This document shows, piece by piece, positions 28,801 through 37,560 of a DNA stretch of 64,000 bases. Position numbers and translations under genes: made by a program. Source of the stretch: Chitinivibrionales bacterium (GTDB lineage: Bacteria; Fibrobacterota; Chitinivibrionia; Chitinivibrionales; WJKA01); assembly GCA_038247415.1 (NCBI GenBank), contig JBBRUX010000004.1:1-64000 (forward strand). Direction: 5' to 3'. How positions within the stretch are numbered: the stretch's first letter is position 1; each line of letters starts with the position of its first letter. The notes below the pieces were generated by a model. It made no database searches. It was not told where the DNA came from and saw nothing but the letters and a program-made list of their open reading frames with translations.

Positions 28801-29222
28801 TGCGGACAATCTTCTGCAAGCGGGCATGCAGTCATTGTTCTGGTTACATCACCGCATCCATGGAAAGAAGAGAGATTCGCGGTGCGTACTTCCCGCAAGA
28901 CAATGGGAAGGCTTGTAAGCGTAAGTCGATGATATTGAAGAGCTTGACGTGTAGTTACCGAGACGACATTATGAGCATAATGCCGAGAAATAGAGGCACA
29001 TGCCCTCGCCTGGTCTGCCGTAAAGACGCCACCAGGAAGCACGACGCGCATCATGTAATCGCCGGTTTGACGCGATCCATAAATGCCATACCATTTTGCA
29101 ATGAGGCCTTCTTCTTTACTCATCGAATTCTTTTTAGCAATTTCATCAAAGTCAAGCGTAAGGCCGGCATCTTTAATTTCTTCTTCTTCACTCCTTTTAC
29201 GAAACGTCACCTGGCGTTGCAT
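25875..29222 (-). CDS. Siroheme sulfite (or nitrite) reductase fused to a GltD/DsrL-like FAD-NAD(P)H oxidoreductase and a 2x[4Fe-4S] ferredoxin
   Basis: aa 1-525: TTRQ, LPRKFK, CVGTTYC...GCPNSC. From aa ~560: PCQEGCP...[30 protein letters not shown]-terminus: [24 protein letters not shown]. Confidence 0.9.
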   Translation of the reverse strand: MQRQVTFRKRSEEEEIKDAGLTLDFDEIAKKNSMSKEEGLIAKWYGIYGSRQTGDYMMRVVLPGGVFTADQARACASISRHYAHNVVSVTTRQALQYHRLTLTSLPIVLREVRTANLSSFHGCGDVTRTMTACPLAEDCPHKSFDVRPYAREAMKLLTNSRDLDNLPRKFKVVWSGCDISCAQPGMNCVGMVATSKTVNGKIVPGFKVFIGGGMGWKAFVASSLFTFVPAEKAIAVVRAIALLFRDTGDRYSRAHSRLKFVVDRLGIDVCREGVLKNLTLEHVDTGEINFDPAQAPLTSIDIRPLVDSHTQTLNETILKVLIPKGELTSEQLGGLADIADRYADHTLYTTNRQNLEVHGILPGNVTQARNAVSSLGLATDGAYGLTDMVACVGTTYCPKAVASTRTFFDLLGPVVHDAAYASVRDYAIINITGCPNSCSPYRIADIGFRGARIRLENGSVEGYLITLGGTQWSFGRELGTYTVADCISITRILLDLFVSQRLPKETLVATVARCGLDPFKAAIKHVGTYAQAQALSEYPQPVVPSLLDAVKKKSIARDIPCQEGCPAKTDIPGYIEKIMQGDFVSAHAINLECNVFPGVLGRVCTRPCENKCRHQWTNILGPVSICHLKRSAADRAPKPPLYKPFRAATGKSIGIIGAGPAGLASARELFRLGHSVTLYEREEVAGGMMWYGIPDFRLPREIVARETDFIIRHGIKLLTKENITQTRLLELKKEHDSIIVATGTAIPVELDFKGISADIVINGLAFMRGYNTQEITSLQGDVVIIGGGFTAVDCARSCARAARRIMGEKGHITIVYRRGEAHMSATSEEFEEMTKENINIHSFAAPVAPLITNGKLTGVEFRRSVLTSGPLGTKGKLQEIAGSEFVIKADYCIVAIGQTQEPILPPECVATASFRTSDPKIFVTGDFMYGSGNVIRAVAQGKVCAYRVDESLMGTMAMHAVVSVEAMPDSNTGRVRDHDVLGQQSMAVSPLEIRAELPTTEVDLGFTDKESVDNASRCYFCHYSFEIDQDLCIHCNWCIDAAPRKCISRVSAVSKDADGYIVSAHEALTDEAGTYIKINSDQCIRCGKCLRVCPTNAITMKKVSLSTMFSGAGRS

Positions 29223-29236
29223 ACTTCTCCACGAGG

Positions 29237-31027
29237 TTAAATTGAAAAATCGGGTATTATTTCTTTATGTTTAAGCACTTCATAAATTTGATTTACTGCA
29301 TCTAAAACAGAAACGTTTGCGTTTAAGGCAACATGCGATACTAATGACGCTGCATCAAAATCGCCCGCCGTAACCACAAGGATCTCATGGGGTTGATTAA
29401 GTCGCTCAAGTAAAGCAATATCCCCACCATCGAGATGAGCTCGTGCCGTTATAAAAATATGGCCACTTCCCGTGAGAACGCGAGCCAGCTCTCCAAGAGA
29501 AATAAGATCTTCATCTTTATTGCTCTCTGAATTATTCGAGCCTGCCGACAATCCTTTTTCAAAGAATGAATATCCCAAATAATAGGCTAAATATTTATTG
29601 GCAAAAAGATTAGCTTCCAAAGCATGCCCTATATTTCGGCACAGTTGGGCATTACTGCCCGTAAGGAGAATAAATTTTGCCTGATGTCCAAACCGCTCGT
29701 AACGATCCGCAACACCAACTCCCCCACCTTCCCAAACAACTTCTCGACGTTTTACATGCTCATCGAGGACTGAATGATCGTTTTTTAATGATTCAAGCAC
29801 AATACCGCATCCTGCAATTTCATAATTGGCCACAATAACAAACCGCCCGGTTGAGGGGTTTGAAAGAGCGGTATCAAAAGCAACAGGCTTAATCGTTTCA
29901 AAAATACACTCTGCAACATCATGCCGATCAAGCTGCTGCTTACTTCCTGTATCGCTTGTACCAGTTGCATCGATCATAGTTCTAATTTCAACAAGTTCAA
30001 CAGCCACGCGCGTGGCTCCTATTTTCAGTTTATACCGACGATCCTTTACCAAAGGAATATGCATCATCCAAAAAACCATACCGCGAAATCGTTGCGATAC
30101 CATAGGTGGAACCTGATCTGCCCGACATAAAAGCTCACCTGGCTTGATATACAATTCTTCGGTAAGCGTAACGCCAAACGCATTTCCGGCAACAGCCGAG
30201 GTTAAACAAGGACGATTAAACGCTTCTATCGATTTTATGGATGCAGATTTACGACTCGGATAAAATACCACCTTATCCCCTACCGACACCGTTCCCGATT
30301 CGATGGTACCTGCAACAATTCTTCGCTCGTCATCCATTTCTGTAAATTTATAAATATCCTGAACAGGAAAACGAAGAGTCTCTTTTGACCGAGATGGTGG
30401 AATAACAAGCTCATCTAGGTATTCTAAAACTGTTTTACCCGTATGCCACGATGCTCGCTCTGCAATATTCTCCCCATCGCGGGCGCATATCGGAATAAAA
30501 TCGATAGGCTTAACCTGCAAAGGCGCTAAAAATGCTGTATACTCTTTTTTGATGCGCTCAAAAACAGCCATATCATACCCGACAAGATCCATTTTATTGA
30601 CAAGAACGATTACCTGTTTGAGTCCAAGCATCGAAAGCAAAAAACCATGCCTGCGAGAATTTTCGCGAACACCTTCATGAGCATCTATCACAAGTAAAGC
30701 AGCATCGGAGCGGGATGCCCCCGTAACCATATTCTTTAAAAATTCAATATGGCCAGGAGCATCAATAAGGATATAATCCCTCTTTGCCGTTTTGAAAAAA
30801 CAACGCGCGATATCAATCGTTATACCTTGCGACTGCTCGTCTTTTAAAGCATCTAGCAAAAAGGCATACTCAAAAGGACGGGCATTGCGCGCGCACGTTG
30901 CCTTGACTTGTTCAAGCTTGCCCTCGGGAAGGGAACCGGTATCGGCCAAAAGCCTGCCAATAACGGTGCTTTTGCCGTGATCCACATGGCCTGCGATAAC
31001 AATATTCATCTGCTCGCGATTACTCAT
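29237..31027 (-). CDS. cysN: Sulfate adenylyltransferase subunit 1 (CysN) with a degenerate APS-kinase-like C-terminal domain
   Basis: [27 protein letters not shown] and RFPVQDIY; the C-terminal CysC-like region has no P-loop. Confidence 0.93.
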   Translation of the reverse strand: MSNREQMNIVIAGHVDHGKSTVIGRLLADTGSLPEGKLEQVKATCARNARPFEYAFLLDALKDEQSQGITIDIARCFFKTAKRDYILIDAPGHIEFLKNMVTGASRSDAALLVIDAHEGVRENSRRHGFLLSMLGLKQVIVLVNKMDLVGYDMAVFERIKKEYTAFLAPLQVKPIDFIPICARDGENIAERASWHTGKTVLEYLDELVIPPSRSKETLRFPVQDIYKFTEMDDERRIVAGTIESGTVSVGDKVVFYPSRKSASIKSIEAFNRPCLTSAVAGNAFGVTLTEELYIKPGELLCRADQVPPMVSQRFRGMVFWMMHIPLVKDRRYKLKIGATRVAVELVEIRTMIDATGTSDTGSKQQLDRHDVAECIFETIKPVAFDTALSNPSTGRFVIVANYEIAGCGIVLESLKNDHSVLDEHVKRREVVWEGGGVGVADRYERFGHQAKFILLTGSNAQLCRNIGHALEANLFANKYLAYYLGYSFFEKGLSAGSNNSESNKDEDLISLGELARVLTGSGHIFITARAHLDGGDIALLERLNQPHEILVVTAGDFDAASLVSHVALNANVSVLDAVNQIYEVLKHKEIIPDFSI

Positions 31028-31039
31028 AAAATTCCTTAC

Positions 31040-31807
31040 TTAAAAAGAAAGACCTGTCAAAAGGCGGAACCGATACGGATCAGATGCAGGGGTTCCACCA
31101 AATTGAAAGCCTGCGGTAAACCACATGTTCCCAGAAATACCCGATACAGTGGGGCCTATATAATCTTTGGCCACAGCTTCTACACCACCGTTTTCGGTAT
31201 CAAACTCAGTGGTATTATTAATTTCCAATCCTACACTAAAAACCGGAACGATTGCAAATGACAACCCAATGTCAAGTCCTACTTCATGTTTTACACCAGG
31301 CGCAAATACTATTTCATACACAGGATCAACTGAAATATCAAACCGTGAACCGATAGACTTCGACAAAACAGCCTTAACCTCAAATGCATTAGGATTAGTT
31401 GATACCATTGGTCGGGCATACTCCAGATACAAAAGCGGATTTATAAACCACGATGTACCATCCCCAAATCGATAACGATAACGGAATTGAACTTCATCCC
31501 ACACAAGCGGACTATTTTCTACTTGCGAAAATATCTGATACACTGCTATGTCGGAATGTGAAGTGAGCCCATGTTCCAATTCTATTTTATATTCCCATGA
31601 ATCAAGCCCATCAGAAATGGTGGCGGTGTAGTAAAATTCAAGTTCACTCTGCTCAGGAGATAATGTTCCATATTGATACGTCCAGGCAAAATTGCGCCAA
31701 TCTGCAGAAACCCCAAAAAAAAGGCCAGCAAACATAATTGATGCACCAACATTTGCTGCCAAACCCTTACCGAATGCGAAACGAGATACTAATTTTCTAT
31801 TTTTCAT
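31040..31807 (-). CDS. Predicted outer-membrane beta-barrel protein (putative porin, possibly DUF6662-like)
   Basis: Signal peptide, amphipathic strands (WEYKIELEHGL, FRYRYRF, PLLYLEY) and C-terminal FRLLTGLSF ending in Phe. Confidence 0.7.
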   Translation of the reverse strand: MKNRKLVSRFAFGKGLAANVGASIMFAGLFFGVSADWRNFAWTYQYGTLSPEQSELEFYYTATISDGLDSWEYKIELEHGLTSHSDIAVYQIFSQVENSPLVWDEVQFRYRYRFGDGTSWFINPLLYLEYARPMVSTNPNAFEVKAVLSKSIGSRFDISVDPVYEIVFAPGVKHEVGLDIGLSFAIVPVFSVGLEINNTTEFDTENGGVEAVAKDYIGPTVSGISGNMWFTAGFQFGGTPASDPYRFRLLTGLSF

Positions 31808-31832
31808 TTACCAACTCCTTTGTGTAAGAAAC

Positions 31833-32714
31833 CTACATGTACCCTTCTTTGCGGAGCGTTTCTAGGCCTCCGCCATCTTCTTTGTCTTGGGCTCTACCAG
31901 ATCGCTCTGCGATGTTGGCAAGTTTACCCGATTTGAGTTCCTCAATAATATCAGCGGGATTTTTCGCTACCGATTCGATTGGGTTTGTACACGGCCAGCA
32001 GCCAAGAGACCGGTAGCGCTTCCCTTTGCCCTCATCATAATAGAGCGACACCATAGGGATTTTTTCTTGTTCTATATATTCCCAAATAGCAAGCTCTGTC
32101 CAATCGAGCAGCGGATGCACTCGAACGTGAGTTCCCGGTGCAAAATCTGTCTTGTAATAATTCCAGACTTCGGGAGGTTGATCCCCCACGTTCCATTCGT
32201 TTTGACGATCTCGCGGGGAAAAATAACGCTCCTTAGAACGACTCCCTTCTTCATCGGCACGGGCTCCAACGATAACGCCCGTATACGGTTCTTTATTCGT
32301 ATCAAGCACATATTTTTTGTGCGCATGATCCATACGATAGCGCGGCCAATCACCCGAAAGGGTATGCTTGAGAGCTTCACTTTTAAGAGCTTTACAGCAG
32401 CTGAGCCGATCGATATTTTTATCGGGGAATGTCTGCTTATCGGCGATTGCTTTGGCATTTTCTCCATATACCATATTTAGGTTCCACTCCAGAGCCAGAT
32501 CGTCTCGATAGGTAATCATTTTTGGAATTTTAAAATGAGTATCAATATGCACAAGAGGGAATGGCACATGCCCAAAAAAGGCTTTACGAGCCAACCAGAG
32601 CAATACAGTGCTATCTTTTCCGATAGACCAGAGCATGCAGAGACTTTTAAACTCCCGATACGCTTCTCTTAAAATAAATACGCTTTTTGCTTCCAATACC
32701 CCAAGTGATTCCAT
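31833..32714 (-). CDS. cysD: Sulfate adenylyltransferase subunit 2 (CysD)
   Basis: [39 protein letters not shown] and C-terminal LRKEGYM. Confidence 0.96.
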   Translation of the reverse strand: MESLGVLEAKSVFILREAYREFKSLCMLWSIGKDSTVLLWLARKAFFGHVPFPLVHIDTHFKIPKMITYRDDLALEWNLNMVYGENAKAIADKQTFPDKNIDRLSCCKALKSEALKHTLSGDWPRYRMDHAHKKYVLDTNKEPYTGVIVGARADEEGSRSKERYFSPRDRQNEWNVGDQPPEVWNYYKTDFAPGTHVRVHPLLDWTELAIWEYIEQEKIPMVSLYYDEGKGKRYRSLGCWPCTNPIESVAKNPADIIEELKSGKLANIAERSGRAQDKEDGGGLETLRKEGYM

Positions 32715-32723
32715 ACGATATCC

Positions 32724-33464
32724 TTACTGTATGCTATGAGTTTTGTTTGGTCTGTTATGCAAACCACATTCTTTATGTTCAGGCAATTCCCACCACCAAC
32801 GCCCGAGCCTAACATCATCCATTGGCCCACTTGCACGAGTGCACGGTTGGCAACCGATACTACGAAAACCTTTTTCATACAACTTAGACATTGGTAACAC
32901 ATGGTTTTTGGTATAGTCCATTGTTTGCGATTCTGTCCAATTACACAGAGGACTTATGCGATACACAGAATGAGCTTCATCCCATTCCACACAAGAAAGC
33001 CCGCTGCGTGTCTGCGACTGCTCTGCGCGTAGGCCTACAATCCAGGCATCGACGGTGCTTACTATTTTTTGTAAAGGTCGAGTTTTTCGAACAGCGCAGC
33101 AGGCCTTTCGAGCATCTATACTCCTATAAAAAGAATTGGGTCCTGGAGTCGACACAAGGTTTGCCACCTCTTTCGCATCAGGGACACACACTTCGTAAGC
33201 AATATTCCACAAATCAACCGATTGTTGCCATACGTCATAGGTTTCTTCAAAATGCCGACCGGTATCAAGCGTGAAAATGCGAGCCTTTGGATTTATGCCT
33301 ATAAGCATTTGCGTTAGAACCTGGTCTTCGGCGCTAAAGCTTGATGCAAGAGCGATCCTGCCTACTGTAAAGGTAGAAAGTGCCCACGCAACAACCGCTT
33401 CTGCAGTCAGGTTTACCGTCTGCCTCTGATACTCTTCCAAAAATGTTTGTGAGAATTCCGCCAC
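32724..33464 (-). CDS. cysH: APS reductase (FeS-type CysH)
   Basis: LDTGR, the CC pair (ACCAVRK), SIGCQPCT, GRWWWE and KECGLH. Confidence 0.93.
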   Translation of the reverse strand: MAEFSQTFLEEYQRQTVNLTAEAVVAWALSTFTVGRIALASSFSAEDQVLTQMLIGINPKARIFTLDTGRHFEETYDVWQQSVDLWNIAYEVCVPDAKEVANLVSTPGPNSFYRSIDARKACCAVRKTRPLQKIVSTVDAWIVGLRAEQSQTRSGLSCVEWDEAHSVYRISPLCNWTESQTMDYTKNHVLPMSKLYEKGFRSIGCQPCTRASGPMDDVRLGRWWWELPEHKECGLHNRPNKTHSIQ

Positions 33465-33490
33465 AATTAAATCCTTTTTATAAACAACTC

Positions 33491-33721
33491 TTAAATTTCA
33501 AAATCTATTTTTGATGGCTTTATCCGTCCAAAAGGAATTTTATTCCATGCCCGTTCATGAAAATAGTACAACGCCACTTTCGTAAACACTTCTACAAACC
33601 CAATGGAAAGAGCCATTTTAATTTGGCGACTAATAATATACGACACAATAATAGTATCCATGGTGCCGGTGGCTCTCCATGAAATGGCCTTAACAATACT
33701 GCGATATGGTTTTTCAATCAT
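33491..33721 (-). CDS. DUF2061 small membrane protein
   Basis: RSIVKAISWRATGTMDT...LYYFHERAW signature. Confidence 0.88.
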   Translation of the reverse strand: MIEKPYRSIVKAISWRATGTMDTIIVSYIISRQIKMALSIGFVEVFTKVALYYFHERAWNKIPFGRIKPSKIDFEI

Positions 33722-33767
33722 AGATTCCTGCTTTGTAAAAAATTTGTCGGAAACTCACGAGCCCTTC

Positions 33768-34349
33768 TTAATGCTGCTCTTCGAGGCATTCAAAAGAATG
33801 AGCATACGTCAATTGCGCCACCGGTTCACCACACCGTTTTAATACCTCATGCCCCGCATCCCAGCCACCTAAGTTAGATTCACTATTGATATGCCCCACA
33901 TACCCAACATCCACAAGATCAAGCCCCCAGACAGTTGCCAAAAATTGGGAATATTCCGGCGATGCAAACGGATCATTGCGACTAAAAATTATCGTACCTG
34001 AAATATCGAGTGAATATCGCGGCAACGGTTGAAACGAGTCGAGACTTCTCAGCATTTCGCATGAGTCAAGATCTGCAGGCGCCACCAAAATAATTTCTTT
34101 GCAAAACGTTCTAATTTTATCAAGTGCTTTAGCAACGAGTATGCATCCAAGGCTATGAGCAATAATACGAACCTTGCCATTCCCACTCTGGGCCAAAATC
34201 TGGTTTACAAGAACTTCTTCCCAATCAGAATACAAAGGCTTTGCCCACTCTTTTTGATTGATACGAATATATCCATACTTCTGCTCCCACATCGTTTGCC
34301 AATGAAAAGCATCCGACCCATTAATTCCTGGAACTATAAATGTTTTCAT
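33768..34349 (-). CDS. RBBP9/YdeN-family alpha/beta hydrolase
   Basis: IVPGINGS..HWQ, AHSLG, LVAPAD, SRNDPF and GHINSES.LG.W; a GAGGA RBS precedes the ATG at 34349. Confidence 0.9.
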   Translation of the reverse strand: MKTFIVPGINGSDAFHWQTMWEQKYGYIRINQKEWAKPLYSDWEEVLVNQILAQSGNGKVRIIAHSLGCILVAKALDKIRTFCKEIILVAPADLDSCEMLRSLDSFQPLPRYSLDISGTIIFSRNDPFASPEYSQFLATVWGLDLVDVGYVGHINSESNLGGWDAGHEVLKRCGEPVAQLTYAHSFECLEEQH

Positions 34350-34393
34350 ATCCTCTATCCTTTCCACAAAATTCTTACATTGCCGCTGTGAGA

Positions 34394-34660
34394 TCAAATT
34401 CCCGTGCCGTAATTAAAATGTTCATACAACGCACCCATCGCAACCAACTCATCCTTTCCTTCAACCAAAATATCAATCACTCGACCCGGTAGAGAAGAAA
34501 ACTCATAAAGATCAGAAACAGAATGCCCATCCGCATTAAAACTTTCCCCACGACTCATAACTATTTCAGATTTAAACTTTTTGCACGTATCTGCAAGCGA
34601 TTTTAGATTAAAAGCACTCTCAACCTGTTTCTTAGAGAGCTCAAAATGTGCAGAAATCAT
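34394..34660 (-). CDS. HPr-like protein lacking His15
   Basis: 88 aa; F29-x-S31-x-I33, ADGHSV (canonical xAKSI) and VEGKDE align with HPr, but position 15 is Ser. Confidence 0.7.
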   Translation of the reverse strand: MISAHFELSKKQVESAFNLKSLADTCKKFKSEIVMSRGESFNADGHSVSDLYEFSSLPGRVIDILVEGKDELVAMGALYEHFNYGTGI

Positions 34661-34716
34661 TGGGTTACCCTTACTATGCAGTAAAACTATGTTTATAAAC
34701 TTAATCAACAATTAAT

Positions 34717-34745
34717 AATATACAAAGATTTTTAGGAAGATGCAA
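34717..34745 (-). promoter_or_regulatory. Sigma70-type promoter of the cys/hem operon
   Basis: Minus strand reads TTGCAT-N17-TATATT, ~57 nt upstream of the HPr-like ATG. A short palindrome GTTTATAAAC (34691-34700) lies just downstream. Confidence 0.6.
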
Positions 34746-34822
34746 GAAAAAAATTTAATTTCGAGGGATCTGGAAGACTACTCAATAGATCTCTTGGAAA
34801 TTCAGAATCTAAACGCAGCGAT

Positions 34823-35012
34823 GTACACCGTCGGCCCTCCTTACAGGCGCGGACATTTACCCTTGGCGTCACCTTCCAGTCCTGCTTTGCGCCACAAGGA
34901 TTTTTGTACCGGCTGGCGAAGCGGGAGTGTAGGAGGAGCCGCATCGGAACATATCCCAAGGGGACTTCCTTTGGGCGCCCGAAGGGGTGAGGCCCGACGG
35001 CGATGCCGGTAC
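34823..35012. repeat. GC-rich nested inverted-repeat (REP/MITE-like or structured RNA) element
   Basis: GTACCGGC (34906-34913) pairs with GCCGGTAC (35005-35012). CCCAAGGGGACTTCCTTTGGG forms a hairpin. CCGTCGGCCCTCCTTACAGGCGC is imperfectly complementary to GCGCCCGAAGGGGTGAGGCCCGACGG. Confidence 0.5.
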
Positions 35013-35262
35013 GCCCAGATTTTTATGCTTTATTCTTATTTTGGAATTATTGACCCTTGGGGTGTAGACGGGAACAGAGAATTGGAACTCTGATTTGACA
35101 ATCATGGGAATCTTTAAATCCTGCAATCGTGTGCAGACAGTTGGGCGGGGGCTGTAGAATGTCCAGCAGGAACACGATGACTTTTAAATATACCTCGTAT
35201 TAAAAATGAAGATAGCGTAACGCGGCATCTAAAACGTCATGCCAATCTTTACAAAACAATTA

Positions 35263-35299
35263 GCCGCCATGCGGCCACAATGGCCAAAGTAATGGCGGC
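35263..35299 (-). terminator. Hairpin downstream of the GH42 gene
   Basis: GCCGCCAT...ATGGCGGC stem with an inner GGCCA/TGGCC pair, 14 nt past the stop codon. Confidence 0.5.
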
Positions 35300-35312
35300 A
35301 TGAAATAAATCA

Positions 35313-37379
35313 TTAAGAAGAAAAACAAAAAACTCGCGCATCATATTCTTTTAAGGTAATTTCTTTAGAAACCGAAATCCCCGTTTCCACATCTATCAAG
35401 CATGCATCGCTAAGGTTTAAAATATGGGGTTTATGGGTAAAATTTAAGATAAATATAAATTCTTGAGAACCCGATGTACGCGTTTGGACCGTTACGCCCT
35501 GGGGAAGGTCGACCTGAAATGCTTTGCGAGGGCATGTTGACAAAACAACACCCTTTATAAAATCGTTATAAAAGCGTTCATCATTATGCGATGCGACATA
35601 ATAAGCACTTCCTTTACCAAAAGAATTTCTGGTAACAGCCGGTTTTCCTGCGTAAAATTGCCCGTCATAGTGCGCAAGCACTTCTGCACCTTCTGCATGA
35701 ATAAGATCGCACAAAAGCGTTGCCTGATAACTTCCCGATAGACCCGAGGCTCCATTTTGACATGCCGCAACCGGAACAGATTCATCGTCATACAATGCAT
35801 CGAGCTCTTCTGCCCAAATGCCAAGGACTTTGCGCAAGGGTCCAGGGAATCCACCCAAAAAGCAGCGATCATTGGGATCGGCTATTCCCGAAAGATAGGT
35901 ACAAATAAAAGTGCCCCCCTTAGCAACAAATGTTTCGATATGTTCTGCCACCCCTGGATGAATCATATACAAAAGGGGAGCAACTACAATCTTGTATTTA
36001 GACATGTCATCTGTGGGCCTAATACAATCTACAGGAACCCCTTGCGACCACAACGGAAGATAATATTCCAGAACCCTTTGGAGATACTCTTTTTTGTCAT
36101 TTCTTGCACCATGAATATCTTCGACAATCCAGCGATTTTCCCAATCGTAAACAATTGCAACCTCTGCCGGCGAAGTTGAGCCAATAATCGAATCCAATTT
36201 AGAAAGCATCTCCCCCACTTTGGCAACTTCCTTGAATACACGAGTATTTTCGTGCCCACAATGATCAACCACTGCACCATGAAATTTTTCTGCTCCCCCT
36301 TGACACTTTCTCCATTGGAAATACTGTACAGTATCTGCACCGTGCGCTACCGCTTGCAAGGCTTCGAGTTTAAGAATCCCAGGTCTCTTTAATTTACACA
36401 CTGTCCACCAGTTGGTTGCACTAGGAGAACTCTCCATCAACATAAAAGGCTTGCCGTGCTTAAATGATCGCATCAAATCGTGAGAAAATGAAGTTTCGGC
36501 TCCAGCTTTCCACATTTCAGCACGATCATTATATAAAGGATAACTATCCCATGAAACAACATCTACCTGCTCGGCCATTTTCCACATGTCAAAATTAAGC
36601 CCAATTCCAGCAAAATTAGTGGTAACGGGTACAGAAGGGGTGATTGCTTTGAGCGGAGCCCTCTCAGCTTTAAAAAAATCAATTGACTGGTGTGTCACAA
36701 ATCGCTTCCAATCGAGATTGAGGCCATGCCGTACCGTTTCGCCAATCGGGGACGGACTTTCGATCTGGCTCCATTCTGTAAATCTACTTCCCCAAAAATC
36801 GCATGACCAGGCCATATTAAGATGGTCTAAATTGTTTTCATACTTGGCCATAAGCCACTCTATAAACTTTTTCTGACATAAAAGGCAATGACATTCTCCG
36901 CTATATTCATTGGAAATATGCCATACTAATAAAGCTGGATGATCTTTATACCTCTGTGCAAGCATCGTATTAATAATCGCAACTTTAGCGCGATATACAG
37001 GCGAGGTGTAGCAATGATTGTGGCGAAGTCCGTGCAAAATTCTGCGCCGGTCGGCTCCTACCCTGAGCACCTCTGGATATGCAGCGCTCATCCACGGGGG
37101 GCGAGCCCCACTGGGGGTAGCCAAAACAACATAGGCCTTATTTTGTGCTATTTTGTCGAAAATTGTATCGAGCCAGTCAAAATCAAATTTTCCTTCGTGT
37201 GGCTCAAGTGCAGACCAACTAAAAATCCCAATGGAAAAGGAATTGCAATTCGCACTTTTTGAAAGGCGTATGTCTTCATCCCAGATTTCTGGTGTAGCCC
37301 GCCACTGATCGGGATTGTAATCTGCTCCATGCAAAAAATGTGGGAATCGTGGATTAATAGGTGGATACTTTTGTTGCAT
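35313..37379 (-). CDS. Beta-galactosidase, glycoside hydrolase family 42
   Basis: GADYNPDQW, FSWSALEP, WHISNEY (acid/base Glu), PFMLMES (nucleophile Glu) and YFQWR...EKFHG. Confidence 0.96.
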   Translation of the reverse strand: MQQKYPPINPRFPHFLHGADYNPDQWRATPEIWDEDIRLSKSANCNSFSIGIFSWSALEPHEGKFDFDWLDTIFDKIAQNKAYVVLATPSGARPPWMSAAYPEVLRVGADRRRILHGLRHNHCYTSPVYRAKVAIINTMLAQRYKDHPALLVWHISNEYSGECHCLLCQKKFIEWLMAKYENNLDHLNMAWSCDFWGSRFTEWSQIESPSPIGETVRHGLNLDWKRFVTHQSIDFFKAERAPLKAITPSVPVTTNFAGIGLNFDMWKMAEQVDVVSWDSYPLYNDRAEMWKAGAETSFSHDLMRSFKHGKPFMLMESSPSATNWWTVCKLKRPGILKLEALQAVAHGADTVQYFQWRKCQGGAEKFHGAVVDHCGHENTRVFKEVAKVGEMLSKLDSIIGSTSPAEVAIVYDWENRWIVEDIHGARNDKKEYLQRVLEYYLPLWSQGVPVDCIRPTDDMSKYKIVVAPLLYMIHPGVAEHIETFVAKGGTFICTYLSGIADPNDRCFLGGFPGPLRKVLGIWAEELDALYDDESVPVAACQNGASGLSGSYQATLLCDLIHAEGAEVLAHYDGQFYAGKPAVTRNSFGKGSAYYVASHNDERFYNDFIKGVVLSTCPRKAFQVDLPQGVTVQTRTSGSQEFIFILNFTHKPHILNLSDACLIDVETGISVSKEITLKEYDARVFCFSS

Positions 37380-37458
37380 ACATTCCTCGCATTAGATTTT
37401 TTGATCGGAAAAATTTATAAATTATATTTCGTAAGAAGTCGCTTGATATAATATAATC

Positions 37459-37522
37459 AGGATATTTGCGCAAAACCATAGACAATCTAATGAATAATGT
37501 GGATAATCTTATCACACATGGG
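37459..37522. promoter_or_regulatory. Possible AraC-type tandem direct-repeat operator between the divergent GH42 and araC genes
   Basis: GATATTTG, GACAATCT and GATAATCT begin at 37461, 37481 and 37502 (20-21 bp period). Confidence 0.35.
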
Positions 37523-37560
37523 CTTCTACCAATCTTTAGAGTATAGGGGTAGCTAAATGT

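Noticed and set aside
25875..33464. Dissimilatory sulfate reduction (dsr) locus
   Set aside because: No dsrAB, dsrC, aprAB or sat. cysD, cysN and cysH indicate assimilation.
34732..35126. Track ORFs 34740..35093, 34732..34959 and 34869..35126
   Set aside because: Mutually overlapping, no motifs, and explained by the GC-rich palindromic element.
34661..35312. SAM riboswitch or T-box ahead of the cys operon
   Set aside because: No SAM-I or T-box consensus is visible, and the predicted leader is only about 50 nt.
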